A stretch of DNA of 64,000 nt from Chloroflexota bacterium (lineage in GTDB: Bacteria; Chloroflexota; UBA6077; FW602-bin22; JAMCVK01). The stretch is from contig JAMCVK010000008.1 of the NCBI GenBank assembly GCA_023475225.1, positions 13,018 to 77,017 of the forward strand, read 5' to 3'. Every line of letters starts with the position of its first letter. Position 1 is the first letter of the stretch. Below, piece after piece: positions 1 through 8,242 of the stretch. The position numbers were made by a program, and so were the translations under genes. A model generated the notes under the pieces. That model saw nothing but the letters and a program-made list of their open reading frames with translations. It ran no database searches and had not been told where the DNA came from.

Positions 1-231
1 TTGTTGAATAAAGGACTGCGGATCAGTGATTTTCGCTATATCAGCCTGTGCACTCCAGCCTTTGAAGTTATGTGCGTGCGTCTGGCAAGCTGGAGGGTCA
101 ACGTCAACACCAAGGCCGATTTCATAGCCAGCCATATGGAACCCCAGACTCATGCCGCCTGCACCGCAGAACAAGTCTAAGACCACCGGTCTGGACTGCT
201 CTCTTTTCGTTATCTGTCTCATGCTATTCAT
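1..231 (-). CDS. dcm: DNA (cytosine-5)-methyltransferase, N-terminal 77 aa only (gene continues past the left edge)
   Basis: Own translation of the minus strand from ATG at 231: MNSMRQITKREQSRPVVLDLFCGAGGMSLGFHMAGYEIGLGVDVDPPACQTHAHNF... DLFCGAGG is the C5-MTase SAM motif I. The frame is open to position 1. It starts 11 nt after the mod stop. Confidence 0.75.
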   Translation of the reverse strand, partial: MNSMRQITKREQSRPVVLDLFCGAGGMSLGFHMAGYEIGLGVDVDPPACQTHAHNFKGWSAQADIAKITDPQSFIQQ

Positions 232-242
232 AGCTACCCTGG

Positions 243-3200
243 TCACTGCGATACTTGATACACCTTCAGCACTTCATCCCCGTAGTGATTGATGACCTTG
301 ACAGCGATCTTCCCGGTCTTCGGTGGGTCGAACGGCCGGCTGACAGTGGAGTAGAGTGAGGCCCAGGCAACCTCGTCTATCTCAGCCTTGAGGGCCCGCT
401 TGAGCTTGTCGTAGGGTTCATCATCACCGCAGAAGTAGGCCTGACGCACAAAGAACGCCTCGTCATTGTAATCGGTGTCGATGAACCAGCAGGCGATGTC
501 ATCGGTAGAGTGACCACGCACCTGCCCGGTGGTGGGGTCATACACGTCCAGGCCCTTGATCTCCACCGTCAGCTTGCCGTCTTTCTGCTTCTTGACCTCG
601 ATGTCCGGCTCGCCGAAGACCATGAACAGGTTCCCCACCCCGGTCCTTTTCAGGAACTCATCGCCCATCTGGAGGTCAGGGTTAATCTTGGCGCTCAGCA
701 CCTTCAGCTTCCCATACCTCTTCGCCTCTTCATTCACATGGGGGTCGAAGGCAAAGCCGCAGACGATGAGCAGGTCAAAGCCAATCCCTCGGACCGCTTC
801 CTTGGCCGCCTCCTTTACCAGCTCCGCCCCCACCGTGCCATGCTCCGGGCCAATGCACACGGCGACTCGCTTCGCCTGGCCATTCCCCTCGTATTCGCCT
901 TCGCCGTGGATGTATAGCCCGGCGTAGGGCTCCAGGCGGTCAAACTTGATGCGCTCCTGCTTCTCATACTGCTGGACGCCCGCCTTCTTCAGGTTCTCCA
1001 GGACCATGGTCTCAAACTGGCCCGGGCCGGCACTTTTAGCCGCAGCTTCCTGGGTTTTGGGCACTGCCTGCTCAGCGGAGAGGACCCGGTGGGGGGAGAG
1101 GCTTTCTACGGTGAAGGGGCCGGTTACCCGAACCACCTTGTTCTCCTCGTAGGGCTGGTCGTAGAGGGTCTCGCTTTCCGCGTGCCGGGCGATGGCGGCG
1201 TCAATCTCCGCTCGGGTCATGCCCTCCTTGATGTCTGGGTTGTTGGCAATGGACTTAAGGGTGACGTGGGGCACCCGCCGGTAGACGAAGCCTTTCTTGA
1301 TGTCCCCCTCGGTAGGAGGCAGTGGCGAGGGCGGAGGCTGGTCCGCCAGCTCCACCTGCCTACGGATACCCTCAGGGGTATCCGCCAGGATGTAGTAGGG
1401 GAAGCGGGCGGACATCAGGCGGGTGCGGGCCAGGGCGATGGCCACCCGGCTGGTGTCGATGGTAATCCACCTGCGCCCCCACTGCTCGGCCACATAGGCC
1501 GTGGTGCCGCTGCCACAATTGTGCACCGCACACACTTCGGTGATGAATGAGTGAGCGTCCTCCACTTCGAGATCGTAGACCTCTTCTTCCGTCTGCTCAT
1601 ACGCCAAGTTGGTAATCTCAACGGGACGGCTATCGGGACCAAAGTACACGACATCGCCCACTTGCAACGAGTCCGCACGCCGCCACTGCCTGTAATGATC
1701 CTCGGAAGGTTGCGCCGCCTGGAGAGCCCCGCGGATAGTGGTGACCACTCCCTCCAATTGGTGTAGAACTTCGTCATTGGTGAACCGCAGAATATCTAAG
1801 CCATGCGCTTTGAGATAGGCATCCCGCTCCCGATCGTAGGCGCTGGCTTCCGAATTGAAATGAGTATCTCCGTCTACTTCCATCACCAGTCCGGCCTCCC
1901 ACGAATAGAAGTCGGCGATATAGAGGCCGATAGGATGTTGTCTCCGAAACTTCGCGCCCAGTTGTTCGCCGCGCAAGGCGCTCCAGAGGCGCCTCTCAGG
2001 AGGGGTCATCCCCTTGCGCAACGCTCGAGCATGCTGAAAGTGGACTATCGGCACGTGACGCCACGACCGCTCGGCGCCGTAGGTCAGGGGTCGCCGGCGA
2101 CACAGGACCCGATGATCAGCGGTGACCCACAAGGTTTGCGGACAGGCATCGTGCTGGATGCCGACCATTATCCCTTTGTAGGATCTGCGAATGATACGGA
2201 GAACTCGATGAGGCTCGCCGCCGTGGCCTAGGACGAAGTCGCCGGGTTTGAGGGATTCGATGGGGAAGAACCCCACCCCAACCCTCCCCGTCGACGGGGA
2301 TGGAGGCCCCACCCCAACCCTCCCCGACATCAGAGAGGGAGACGCTGCCCCGGCCTTCCCCAAACTTGGGGAGGGAGGCCCCACCCCGGCCCTCCCCGTC
2401 AACGGGGAGGGAGCTCTTTCGTTCCCCCCGTTGACGGGGGGATTAAGGGGGGCCAGAACCCGCGTGCCCTTCCGCACACAGGTGGGGTCCAGCACCAGGT
2501 CGCCAGGGTCAGTGGTCATGAGGAGGCAACGACTAATTACCCTTGTTGGAGTCTGAACCACAAATATCTTTTCTTCTCGCCGCAGGAAGCCGCCCATTGC
2601 TGTATCATCCCATGCGCTATCCAAGGAGCGGATTGGGTAATCGTCTGCAAACCTACGATAGAAGACGTTCTCACCCTTCCTCTGTATTCGGCCCGTTTTG
2701 ACCAGATTATTCAGTCCCTCAATAGTGGTAGACCAGTGTCTACCGGGTCGCGGAACAAAGTCCTTACCGTCAAACCTAAAGACGTAGGAACCTTTTTGAC
2801 TTTCACCTTGGGACGTTAAGTCTGTCAAGCCAAATCGTTTGCCGTCAGGAATTGCCTCGTCGCCGTCTAGCTGTTCTCTGGTTAATTGTACTGAGGTGCC
2901 GTTTGGTAGCATGACCCAGTCGTATTCTGTCCCATTAGAGGAAGTTCTAGGAAGGTGAAGGCGTCTGTACTTAAGGTGAGAGGAATCCTTCCCATACCAA
3001 AGTAGAAAGTTCGTTACGTTATCAATATAAATAGCACCTCTTCCTCCCGTGGTCCTAAAGGATATTTGACTTACAAAATTCTCACTCCCAAACACTTCAT
3101 CCATCACGCATCGCACCAGATGCACATTCTCGTCCCCAATCTGGACGAAGATGGAGCCGGTATCCGTCAGCAGGTCTCTTGCCACCACCAAGCGGTCCCG

Positions 3201-3842
3201 CCAGTAGGCCAGGTAGGAGTGGATGCCCAGCTTCCAGGTGTCGCGGAAGGCCCTTATTTGCTCCGGCTCCCGGGTGGCGTCCTCGGCCCTGCCGTCCCGC
3301 ACATCCCGCTTCCGGGTGGAGACCTGCCAGTTGGAGCCGAACTTGATGCCGTAGGGCGGGTCCAGGTAGACCATCTGCACCTGCCCCTTGAGGCCCTCCT
3401 TCTCGGCCAGGGAGGCCATCACCAGTAAGGAGTCCCCCAGGATCATGCGGTTGCTCCACCCCTGGGAATGGCGGTAGAAGTCTATGCGCTCGGAGAATTC
3501 TATGCCGTCGAAGTCCTCAAAGAGGCTGACCTGGCGGGGCTTGCCCTCAGCCTGCTCCCGGCGCAGGTCTTCAATGATGGCCCTAGGGTGGATGTGCTCC
3601 TGGATGTAGACGGGGACAGCGGGCACCTCCAGGTCGTGCCCGTCCTGCTCGTCCTTGCCCTTCCAGACCAACTGGGGGTCAAGCTCGGGCTTCCTGGGGT
3701 AGCGCAGGATGTATGGCGCCCGCTCTTCCTTCACCGCAAAGTCGGCCAGCTCCGCTGTGGGGATGTTGAGGCGCTTATCCTTGTGATGGGCTACATATTC
3801 AACCATTTTGTCTTGGCTGGTTGCTCTTCTCTTGCGTGCCAT
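243..3842 (-). CDS. mod: Type III restriction-modification Mod subunit (beta-class N6-adenine DNA methyltransferase) interrupted by an intein
   Basis: 1199-aa ORF. Motif IV DPPY lies at aa 161-164 (VYLDPPYGIKFGSNW). Motif I is reconstituted as LDPT/CGSGTT only after removing aa 455-775. The order motif IV then motif I is typical of Type III Mod. It is adjacent to a Res helicase-nuclease. Confidence 0.9.
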   Translation of the reverse strand: MARKRRATSQDKMVEYVAHHKDKRLNIPTAELADFAVKEERAPYILRYPRKPELDPQLVWKGKDEQDGHDLEVPAVPVYIQEHIHPRAIIEDLRREQAEGKPRQVSLFEDFDGIEFSERIDFYRHSQGWSNRMILGDSLLVMASLAEKEGLKGQVQMVYLDPPYGIKFGSNWQVSTRKRDVRDGRAEDATREPEQIRAFRDTWKLGIHSYLAYWRDRLVVARDLLTDTGSIFVQIGDENVHLVRCVMDEVFGSENFVSQISFRTTGGRGAIYIDNVTNFLLWYGKDSSHLKYRRLHLPRTSSNGTEYDWVMLPNGTSVQLTREQLDGDEAIPDGKRFGLTDLTSQGESQKGSYVFRFDGKDFVPRPGRHWSTTIEGLNNLVKTGRIQRKGENVFYRRFADDYPIRSLDSAWDDTAMGGFLRREEKIFVVQTPTRVISRCLLMTTDPGDLVLDPTCVRKGTRVLAPLNPPVNGGNERAPSPLTGRAGVGPPSPSLGKAGAASPSLMSGRVGVGPPSPSTGRVGVGFFPIESLKPGDFVLGHGGEPHRVLRIIRRSYKGIMVGIQHDACPQTLWVTADHRVLCRRRPLTYGAERSWRHVPIVHFQHARALRKGMTPPERRLWSALRGEQLGAKFRRQHPIGLYIADFYSWEAGLVMEVDGDTHFNSEASAYDRERDAYLKAHGLDILRFTNDEVLHQLEGVVTTIRGALQAAQPSEDHYRQWRRADSLQVGDVVYFGPDSRPVEITNLAYEQTEEEVYDLEVEDAHSFITEVCAVHNCGSGTTAYVAEQWGRRWITIDTSRVAIALARTRLMSARFPYYILADTPEGIRRQVELADQPPPSPLPPTEGDIKKGFVYRRVPHVTLKSIANNPDIKEGMTRAEIDAAIARHAESETLYDQPYEENKVVRVTGPFTVESLSPHRVLSAEQAVPKTQEAAAKSAGPGQFETMVLENLKKAGVQQYEKQERIKFDRLEPYAGLYIHGEGEYEGNGQAKRVAVCIGPEHGTVGAELVKEAAKEAVRGIGFDLLIVCGFAFDPHVNEEAKRYGKLKVLSAKINPDLQMGDEFLKRTGVGNLFMVFGEPDIEVKKQKDGKLTVEIKGLDVYDPTTGQVRGHSTDDIACWFIDTDYNDEAFFVRQAYFCGDDEPYDKLKRALKAEIDEVAWASLYSTVSRPFDPPKTGKIAVKVINHYGDEVLKVYQVSQ
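1728..2009 (-). other. DUF559 / Vsr-like (very-short-patch-repair-type) endonuclease domain inside the intein
   Basis: aa ~612-705: MTPPERRLWSALRGEQLGAKFRRQHPIGLYIADFYSWEAGLVMEVDGDTHF...DRERDAYLKAHGLDILRFTNDEVL. This matches the DUF559 pattern (E..LW..LR...FRRQ...DF......E.DG..H...D..R...L...G....RF.N.EV) as recalled. Confidence 0.7.
2271..2452. repeat. Cluster of GC-rich REP-like palindromes/direct repeats lying in frame within the intein ORF
   Basis: The 20-nt unit ccccaccccaaccctccccg occurs exactly at 2271-2290 and 2307-2326, with a 2-mismatch copy near 2379-2398. Palindromes: ccccgtcgacgggg 2286-2299, cctccccgt/acggggagg 2391-2410, ccccccg/cgggggg 2424-2441. The cluster encodes aa ~464-524 (PLNPPVNGGNERAPSPLTGRAGVGPPSPSLGK...GRVGVG). 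Confidence 0.7.
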
Positions 3843-3895
3843 CCCTAAGCCACCTCCAAAAGGGTCGATTTGCCACCTGAGGATGGTAGATATGT

Positions 3896-4117
3896 CTAAT
3901 GAGACGCCTGGTAGATGACCGGACGGTAGCGTGGTGGAGGGATAGGCTTTCCCGTCTGGCGTGCCGCTTCCAGCCAGGCCACCTTGGCCCGCTCCAGCTC
4001 CGCCAGAGCCTGCTCAGGGGTCTCCCCGAAGGCAGAGCAGGACTCCAGGTCCGGGAGGTCAGCGATGTAGCCGCCATCCTCTTCACTGTAGAAAATATTG
4101 ATGTGGTAGTCGCCCAT
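3896..4117 (-). CDS. hicB: HicB-family antitoxin (short, UPF0150-type)
   Basis: 73 aa, MGDYHINIFYSEEDGGYIADLPDLESCSAFGETPEQALAELERA..., a typical HicB N-terminal fold sequence. Its ATG overlaps the hicA stop by 1 nt (TAATG). Confidence 0.8.
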   Translation of the reverse strand: MGDYHINIFYSEEDGGYIADLPDLESCSAFGETPEQALAELERAKVAWLEAARQTGKPIPPPRYRPVIYQASH

Positions 4118-4371
4118 TACTCATCCTCCAACTTTAGATTATACCGCTCCACCAGTCGCAGGAACTGCCGAATCTGGTAGGGCTTGGCTTCACCCCTAAC
4201 GGACTGGAGGTTGACCAGCTGGGCAATGTCGGGATGAGCGAAGATGTAGTGACTGCCTGACACGCGCACCAGGCGAAATCCGAAGCCCTCAACCAGGTTC
4301 CTCATATCAGCAAATGCCACGTTCTGTAATGCTCCCTGGGTCAAGCGTCTGAGCAGCGCTCTGCGGTTCAT
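4117..4371 (-). CDS. hicA: HicA-family mRNA-interferase toxin
   Basis: 84 aa with the HicA/YcfA-like core FGFRLVRVSGSHYIFAHP. The toxin-first order is typical of hicAB. Confidence 0.8.
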   Translation of the reverse strand: MNRRALLRRLTQGALQNVAFADMRNLVEGFGFRLVRVSGSHYIFAHPDIAQLVNLQSVRGEAKPYQIRQFLRLVERYNLKLEDE

Positions 4372-4374
4372 CGT

Positions 4375-7347
4375 TCATCGTGCCCTGGTGCGACTGGCAT
4401 CGTTGGCTTTCAGGAAAGCACGGATCAGGTTTTGGGCATCCCAGGGGTCTTGAATCTCCAGGAAGGCCCACCGCCCAAAGCCACCGTGGTTGTTGACCGC
4501 CGGCACCCACAGGGTTCTGGCGGTGTCTACCTTGGCCTCCTTATCCTTTTTACGTTCACCAGTCACCTCAATGACCAGGGTGAGCACTTCGCCCTGGGGG
4601 TCTCGGAGGCGGACAAGGAAGTCAGGCTCGTAGTTCTTCTCCTCCCCATTGAGGATATAGGGAATCCTGAAGCCCAGTCCCTGGTTCTTCACGTAGCTAA
4701 CCACCTCCTCCATCTCCTCCAGGGCCTGGGCCATCTTCTGCTCCCACGACCCGGTGTCCGCCACCACATGGCTCACATGGCACCTGTCCGGCCGGGTGAC
4801 GTAGACGGGTTTGGTGGTGTCAAAGTCAACGTAGCGGGTGGAGCCAAGGGTATCGTAGGGCCGCAGAATGGGTTTGAGCGCCCTGGTACCCTCTGTAGAA
4901 TGGACGATGGCCCGGTAGATTCGGTCGGCGGCATCGTGTGCCCTCTCATGGAGCAACAGAAGCTGGGGGAAGGTGCCGTCCTTACAGACCACGCACATTT
5001 CAAGCCACTCTCTGGTGATGCCCAGCACCTGGGGGAAAAGCCAGGGCTTGAGATTGCCCTGGTCATCCCGGAAGTATTTCTCCAGCACCAGCTTGGCCAG
5101 GAGGAAGGCAACCTCCTGAGTCCGCCGCCTGCGCAGGTCGTCCAGCGTGTGGATGCTCATCTCGCCAACGATGGGAGCATTCTCTGTCCTGGTGGGAATA
5201 TCGGCGGTGGAGAGGACTATCTTGGAGTCGTCGGAGAAGGCAGCACTTAGCCTTTCACCGGCGAAGTCATAGCGGTATCCCACCAGGCGGGGGAAGGTGA
5301 CCTCCAGGGCTATGCGCTCGGGCAGAGCACGGATCCGGGTTGGCATAGCACCCGGCCTGGGGTCGGTAGCCGAACCCGAGCAGGGAATGAAGGAGAAAGG
5401 CACGCCATAGACCTCAGCGTACTGAGGTTCAAACGCGCCGTAGTCGTTAGGCGCATAGCTGGTGCGGCGAAGGCCACGCCCGACCACCTGCTCACAGAGG
5501 AGCTGGGTGCCGAAAGCCCTCACCCCAAGGATATGGGTGACCGTGTTGGCGTCCCATCCTTCTGAGAGCATGGAGACGCTGACCACGCACTTGATGTTTT
5601 CACCCAGCTTGCCTGGCTTGCCGACTGTGTTCATCACTTCTCGCAGCATGTCCTCGTCGGTTAGCTGCTCTGGGTCGCGGCCGGGGAACCTGGCCCGATA
5701 CTCGGCCTTGAACTCTTCTATCTCAGCAGCGGCTATCTTCTTGAACTCAGGGCTCATCCCCTCGCCGCTCTCCAACTGCTCGCTGTCAATCAGGAGGGTG
5801 TTGGGGCGGGCTCGCCACCTGCCATTCTCTTCGTTGTCGAATACAGGGAGGGCGCCCGGAACCACTATCCTGGTGCCGTCTAAGGGTTTATCCCAGCCGG
5901 CGATATAGTCGTAGACCAGCTTGGAGACATTGGTATTGTTGCAGACGATGATGAAGACCGGAGGAGTCCCCTGTCGGTGAGACTCCCACTGCCGGTAATA
6001 TTTTTCGTAGTTGCTGTAAAGGCTGTGAAGGGCTCCCTGCAACTCGGCTGGAAGCTTGGGTTCACCTTGTACGGCCTCGGTGCCCCGGCCCTTCTTGGGG
6101 AGGGCGTCCCGAATGCTCATCCACAGGTTGCGATAGGTTGGCAGGTCTTGCCGCACCTGGTTGTCGGAGACGGGCACCCTGGGCACCTTCACGATGCCGG
6201 ACTCAATGGCGTCAATCAGCGAGAAGTCGGATATCACCCAGGGGAACAGAGTCCCCTCTGGATAGCCGGAGCCTCGCAGGAAAAATGGCGTTGCCGACAG
6301 GTCATAGACCACTTTAACCCCGAGCTTTGCCTTCACTGCCTCCAGGCCCGATATCCAGACTCGAGCCTCCTCGTCCCGCTTCTCAGCCTCCCTGCGCTCG
6401 TCTCCCGTTAGCCTGAGCTCTTCACCACCAACACGGCGGCGGTAGCAATGGTGGGCCTCGTCATTGATAACCAGGATGTTTCGCTTGTTGCCCAGCTCTC
6501 GGCAGACACGGCGCACCATCTCATCGGGAGTCTCCTTAAAGCCTCCAGCCTCTTCTCCGGATATGGCCAGGGCCTTGGTGAGCCGGGCCCCCTCGAAGCG
6601 CTCCCTCAGCAGGAAGGCGTGGAAATTGGTGATGATGATCTTTGCCTTACCAAGCTGCTGTATATTCTCCGGCGGGATGACATCTCGCAGGCGATAGTAG
6701 TTATCAGGGTCATTGGGGAGCAGGACACGCAGCCGATCTCTGATGGTTATGCCGGGTGTCACGATCAGAAATGAGTCCGAAAAGCGGGCATCCTGAGGGT
6801 TCGCCATCTTGTTCAAGGCATGCCAGGCGATGAGCATGGCCATGACCACTGTCTTGCCGCTACCGGTGGCCATCTTGAAGGCAATACGATAGAGCTCCGG
6901 ATTAGCCTCAGCGTTGGCCTGGCGCAGGTGGTTCTCTATCCAGGCGTCTCCGTATCTCTTGGCTACCTCTGTGATGTAGATAGCGGTTTCCAGGGCCTCA
7001 ATCTGGCAGAAGAACAGCTTCTTATCGCGCTCGGAGTTGCGCCAGTAGTCCAAGAGGCGTCGCGTAACTTTTGTGACTCCCTGGTAGCCACCCCGCCGCC
7101 ATATCGAAGCCCTGCTTCTAACCTGATTGATAAAGGTATTCTCTTGGATGCGGTCCTGGGTCCACTCCGTCTCGAAGCTCAGTTGCCTGCCCCTCTTTTT
7201 AGGAGGGGGGATAGGGATGAAGTAAGAGCTGATACGCCTCTCGTTGACTATCTCGTCGGTGATGCCATCATCAGAAAACTTAAAGTGGCGTGTAGGCTCT
7301 TCAAAAGGGGGGTTTAGAATGGGATTCTCTATGACAACATCTGGCAT
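4375..7347 (-). CDS. res: Type III restriction enzyme Res subunit (SF2 helicase plus C-terminal PD-(D/E)xK-like nuclease)
   Basis: 990 aa. Walker A is MATGSGKT and the DEAH box is NDEAHH. The C-terminal motif is YEPDFLVRL...VIEVTGERKKDKEAK. It starts 2 nt after the vapC stop. Confidence 0.9.
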   Translation of the reverse strand: MPDVVIENPILNPPFEEPTRHFKFSDDGITDEIVNERRISSYFIPIPPPKKRGRQLSFETEWTQDRIQENTFINQVRSRASIWRRGGYQGVTKVTRRLLDYWRNSERDKKLFFCQIEALETAIYITEVAKRYGDAWIENHLRQANAEANPELYRIAFKMATGSGKTVVMAMLIAWHALNKMANPQDARFSDSFLIVTPGITIRDRLRVLLPNDPDNYYRLRDVIPPENIQQLGKAKIIITNFHAFLLRERFEGARLTKALAISGEEAGGFKETPDEMVRRVCRELGNKRNILVINDEAHHCYRRRVGGEELRLTGDERREAEKRDEEARVWISGLEAVKAKLGVKVVYDLSATPFFLRGSGYPEGTLFPWVISDFSLIDAIESGIVKVPRVPVSDNQVRQDLPTYRNLWMSIRDALPKKGRGTEAVQGEPKLPAELQGALHSLYSNYEKYYRQWESHRQGTPPVFIIVCNNTNVSKLVYDYIAGWDKPLDGTRIVVPGALPVFDNEENGRWRARPNTLLIDSEQLESGEGMSPEFKKIAAAEIEEFKAEYRARFPGRDPEQLTDEDMLREVMNTVGKPGKLGENIKCVVSVSMLSEGWDANTVTHILGVRAFGTQLLCEQVVGRGLRRTSYAPNDYGAFEPQYAEVYGVPFSFIPCSGSATDPRPGAMPTRIRALPERIALEVTFPRLVGYRYDFAGERLSAAFSDDSKIVLSTADIPTRTENAPIVGEMSIHTLDDLRRRRTQEVAFLLAKLVLEKYFRDDQGNLKPWLFPQVLGITREWLEMCVVCKDGTFPQLLLLHERAHDAADRIYRAIVHSTEGTRALKPILRPYDTLGSTRYVDFDTTKPVYVTRPDRCHVSHVVADTGSWEQKMAQALEEMEEVVSYVKNQGLGFRIPYILNGEEKNYEPDFLVRLRDPQGEVLTLVIEVTGERKKDKEAKVDTARTLWVPAVNNHGGFGRWAFLEIQDPWDAQNLIRAFLKANDASRTRAR

Positions 7348-7349
7348 GG

Positions 7350-7796
7350 CTACCTCCCCACCTCAATCTCTCCTATCCATTTCACCAACTTAAAACTGGG
7401 GCTGGTTGCGCGATAGAATCGCTCATCCGCCGTCCACAACTCGCACCCCATAATGTCTGCCAGTGACAGATAGTGGTCGTCGTAAGCCGCTTCCTGACGC
7501 AATTGAGCTGCAAGCTCAATTGCTTTACGGTGAAGGCCACGGGGCTGCCTAAGCTCTATTCCAGCATTAAGTAAGCCGTCCAACAGAGTAGTGGCGGCCA
7601 CTACCGAGATTTCTCCCCGTAGCACTCGACGGTAGAGGGCATTGGCTACCTCAACCGGCATGAGATAAGGAGCCACAGGTTGAATGCCAGCCCTTGCCCA
7701 GGTGCGGGCAAGGGCCAAAGCCCTGTCGGTATGAACCTCGTTCACCAGCCACTTAACAGCTAAGCTGGCATCTATCACAACGGACCCATTCATCAA
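7350..7796 (-). CDS. vapC: PIN-domain toxin (VapC family)
   Basis: 148 aa. It starts VVIDASLAVKWLVNE (PIN N-terminal acidic motif), with conserved D/E later (YDDHYLSLA, WTADERF). It overlaps the upstream antitoxin by 4 nt. Confidence 0.85.
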   Translation of the reverse strand: MMNGSVVIDASLAVKWLVNEVHTDRALALARTWARAGIQPVAPYLMPVEVANALYRRVLRGEISVVAATTLLDGLLNAGIELRQPRGLHRKAIELAAQLRQEAAYDDHYLSLADIMGCELWTADERFYRATSPSFKLVKWIGEIEVGR

Positions 7797-8083
7797 GTCT
7801 CCGCCCTCGCCGCCCTGGCTTCGCGGATTAGCTCCGCCGAATCTCCAGGAACCTGTCGCCCTCCAAATACTGCGGCCTGAAGCGAAGACAGGCGATTAAG
7901 AGCTTCCTCACCGAAAGGCAGAGATTTAGCCTCTTCTGACTCATCCTGGGCCAGCTCCTTCTCTATGGCAGTAAGGCAGTACCGGCGCATGCTGATTCCC
8001 TTCAGAGCTGCTATCACCTTTAGTCGACGCTGCAAGAGGGGGTCCAGGTCAATGGTGAGTCGTTTCCTCTTATTGGCTTCCAT
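7793..8083 (-). CDS. Ribbon-helix-helix type antitoxin paired with VapC
   Basis: 96 aa, KRLTIDLDPLLQRRLKVIAALKGISMRRYCLTAIEKEL (RHH-like). It is translationally coupled to vapC. Confidence 0.7.
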   Translation of the reverse strand: MEANKRKRLTIDLDPLLQRRLKVIAALKGISMRRYCLTAIEKELAQDESEEAKSLPFGEEALNRLSSLQAAVFGGRQVPGDSAELIREARAARAET

Positions 8084-8118
8084 TTGCTACCTCCAGCTAG
8101 GCTCCATTGTTCACGGGT

Positions 8119-8147
8119 AGTATAGTGCAAATGCAGAATTGCGTCAA
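8119..8147 (-). promoter_or_regulatory. Sigma70-like promoter for the vapBC-res-hicAB-mod operon
   Basis: Minus strand reads TTGACG (8147-8142), 17-nt spacer, TATACT (8124-8119), about 35 nt upstream of the antitoxin ATG. RBS is GGAGG. Confidence 0.5.
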
Positions 8148-8213
8148 GCATGCACTGAGAGACTGTCGAATAACACCCTAAAGATTGAGGGTCATGGACA
8201 AATTCGGCGTTGT

Positions 8214-8242
8214 TTGACAGCCGGAGGGCAAGGGCTTACAAT
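8214..8242 (+). promoter_or_regulatory. Sigma70-like promoter for the PQQ-propeller gene
   Basis: TTGACA 8214-8219, 17-nt spacer, TACAAT 8237-8242. It is followed by a ~125-nt leader containing the hairpin ggctgac/gtcagcc. Confidence 0.5.

Larger units (their letters stand above)
1518..2480 (-). mobile_element. Intein (321 aa, aa 455-775 of Mod) with embedded endonuclease domain
   Basis: Begins with Cys (CVRKGTRVL, block A). TADH block B is at aa 574-577. The C-terminal blocks are VYDLEVEDAHSFITEVCAVHN, followed by +1 Cys (CGSGTT). Codons were checked on the DNA: tgt at 2480-2478, aat at 1520-1518, tgt at 1517-1515. Confidence 0.85.

Noticed and set aside
2271-2452. Possible CRISPR array, because of the repeated GC-rich palindromes
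   Set aside because: Repeat spacing is irregular and the 'spacers' are themselves related palindromes. The whole segment is in frame inside a long ORF, and no cas genes are present. It fits a REP-like element better.
3799-4086. 95-aa minus-strand ORF overlapping hicB and the mod start
   Set aside because: It is out of frame with two well-supported genes, and the sequence is Arg/Ser/Trp-rich and atypical.
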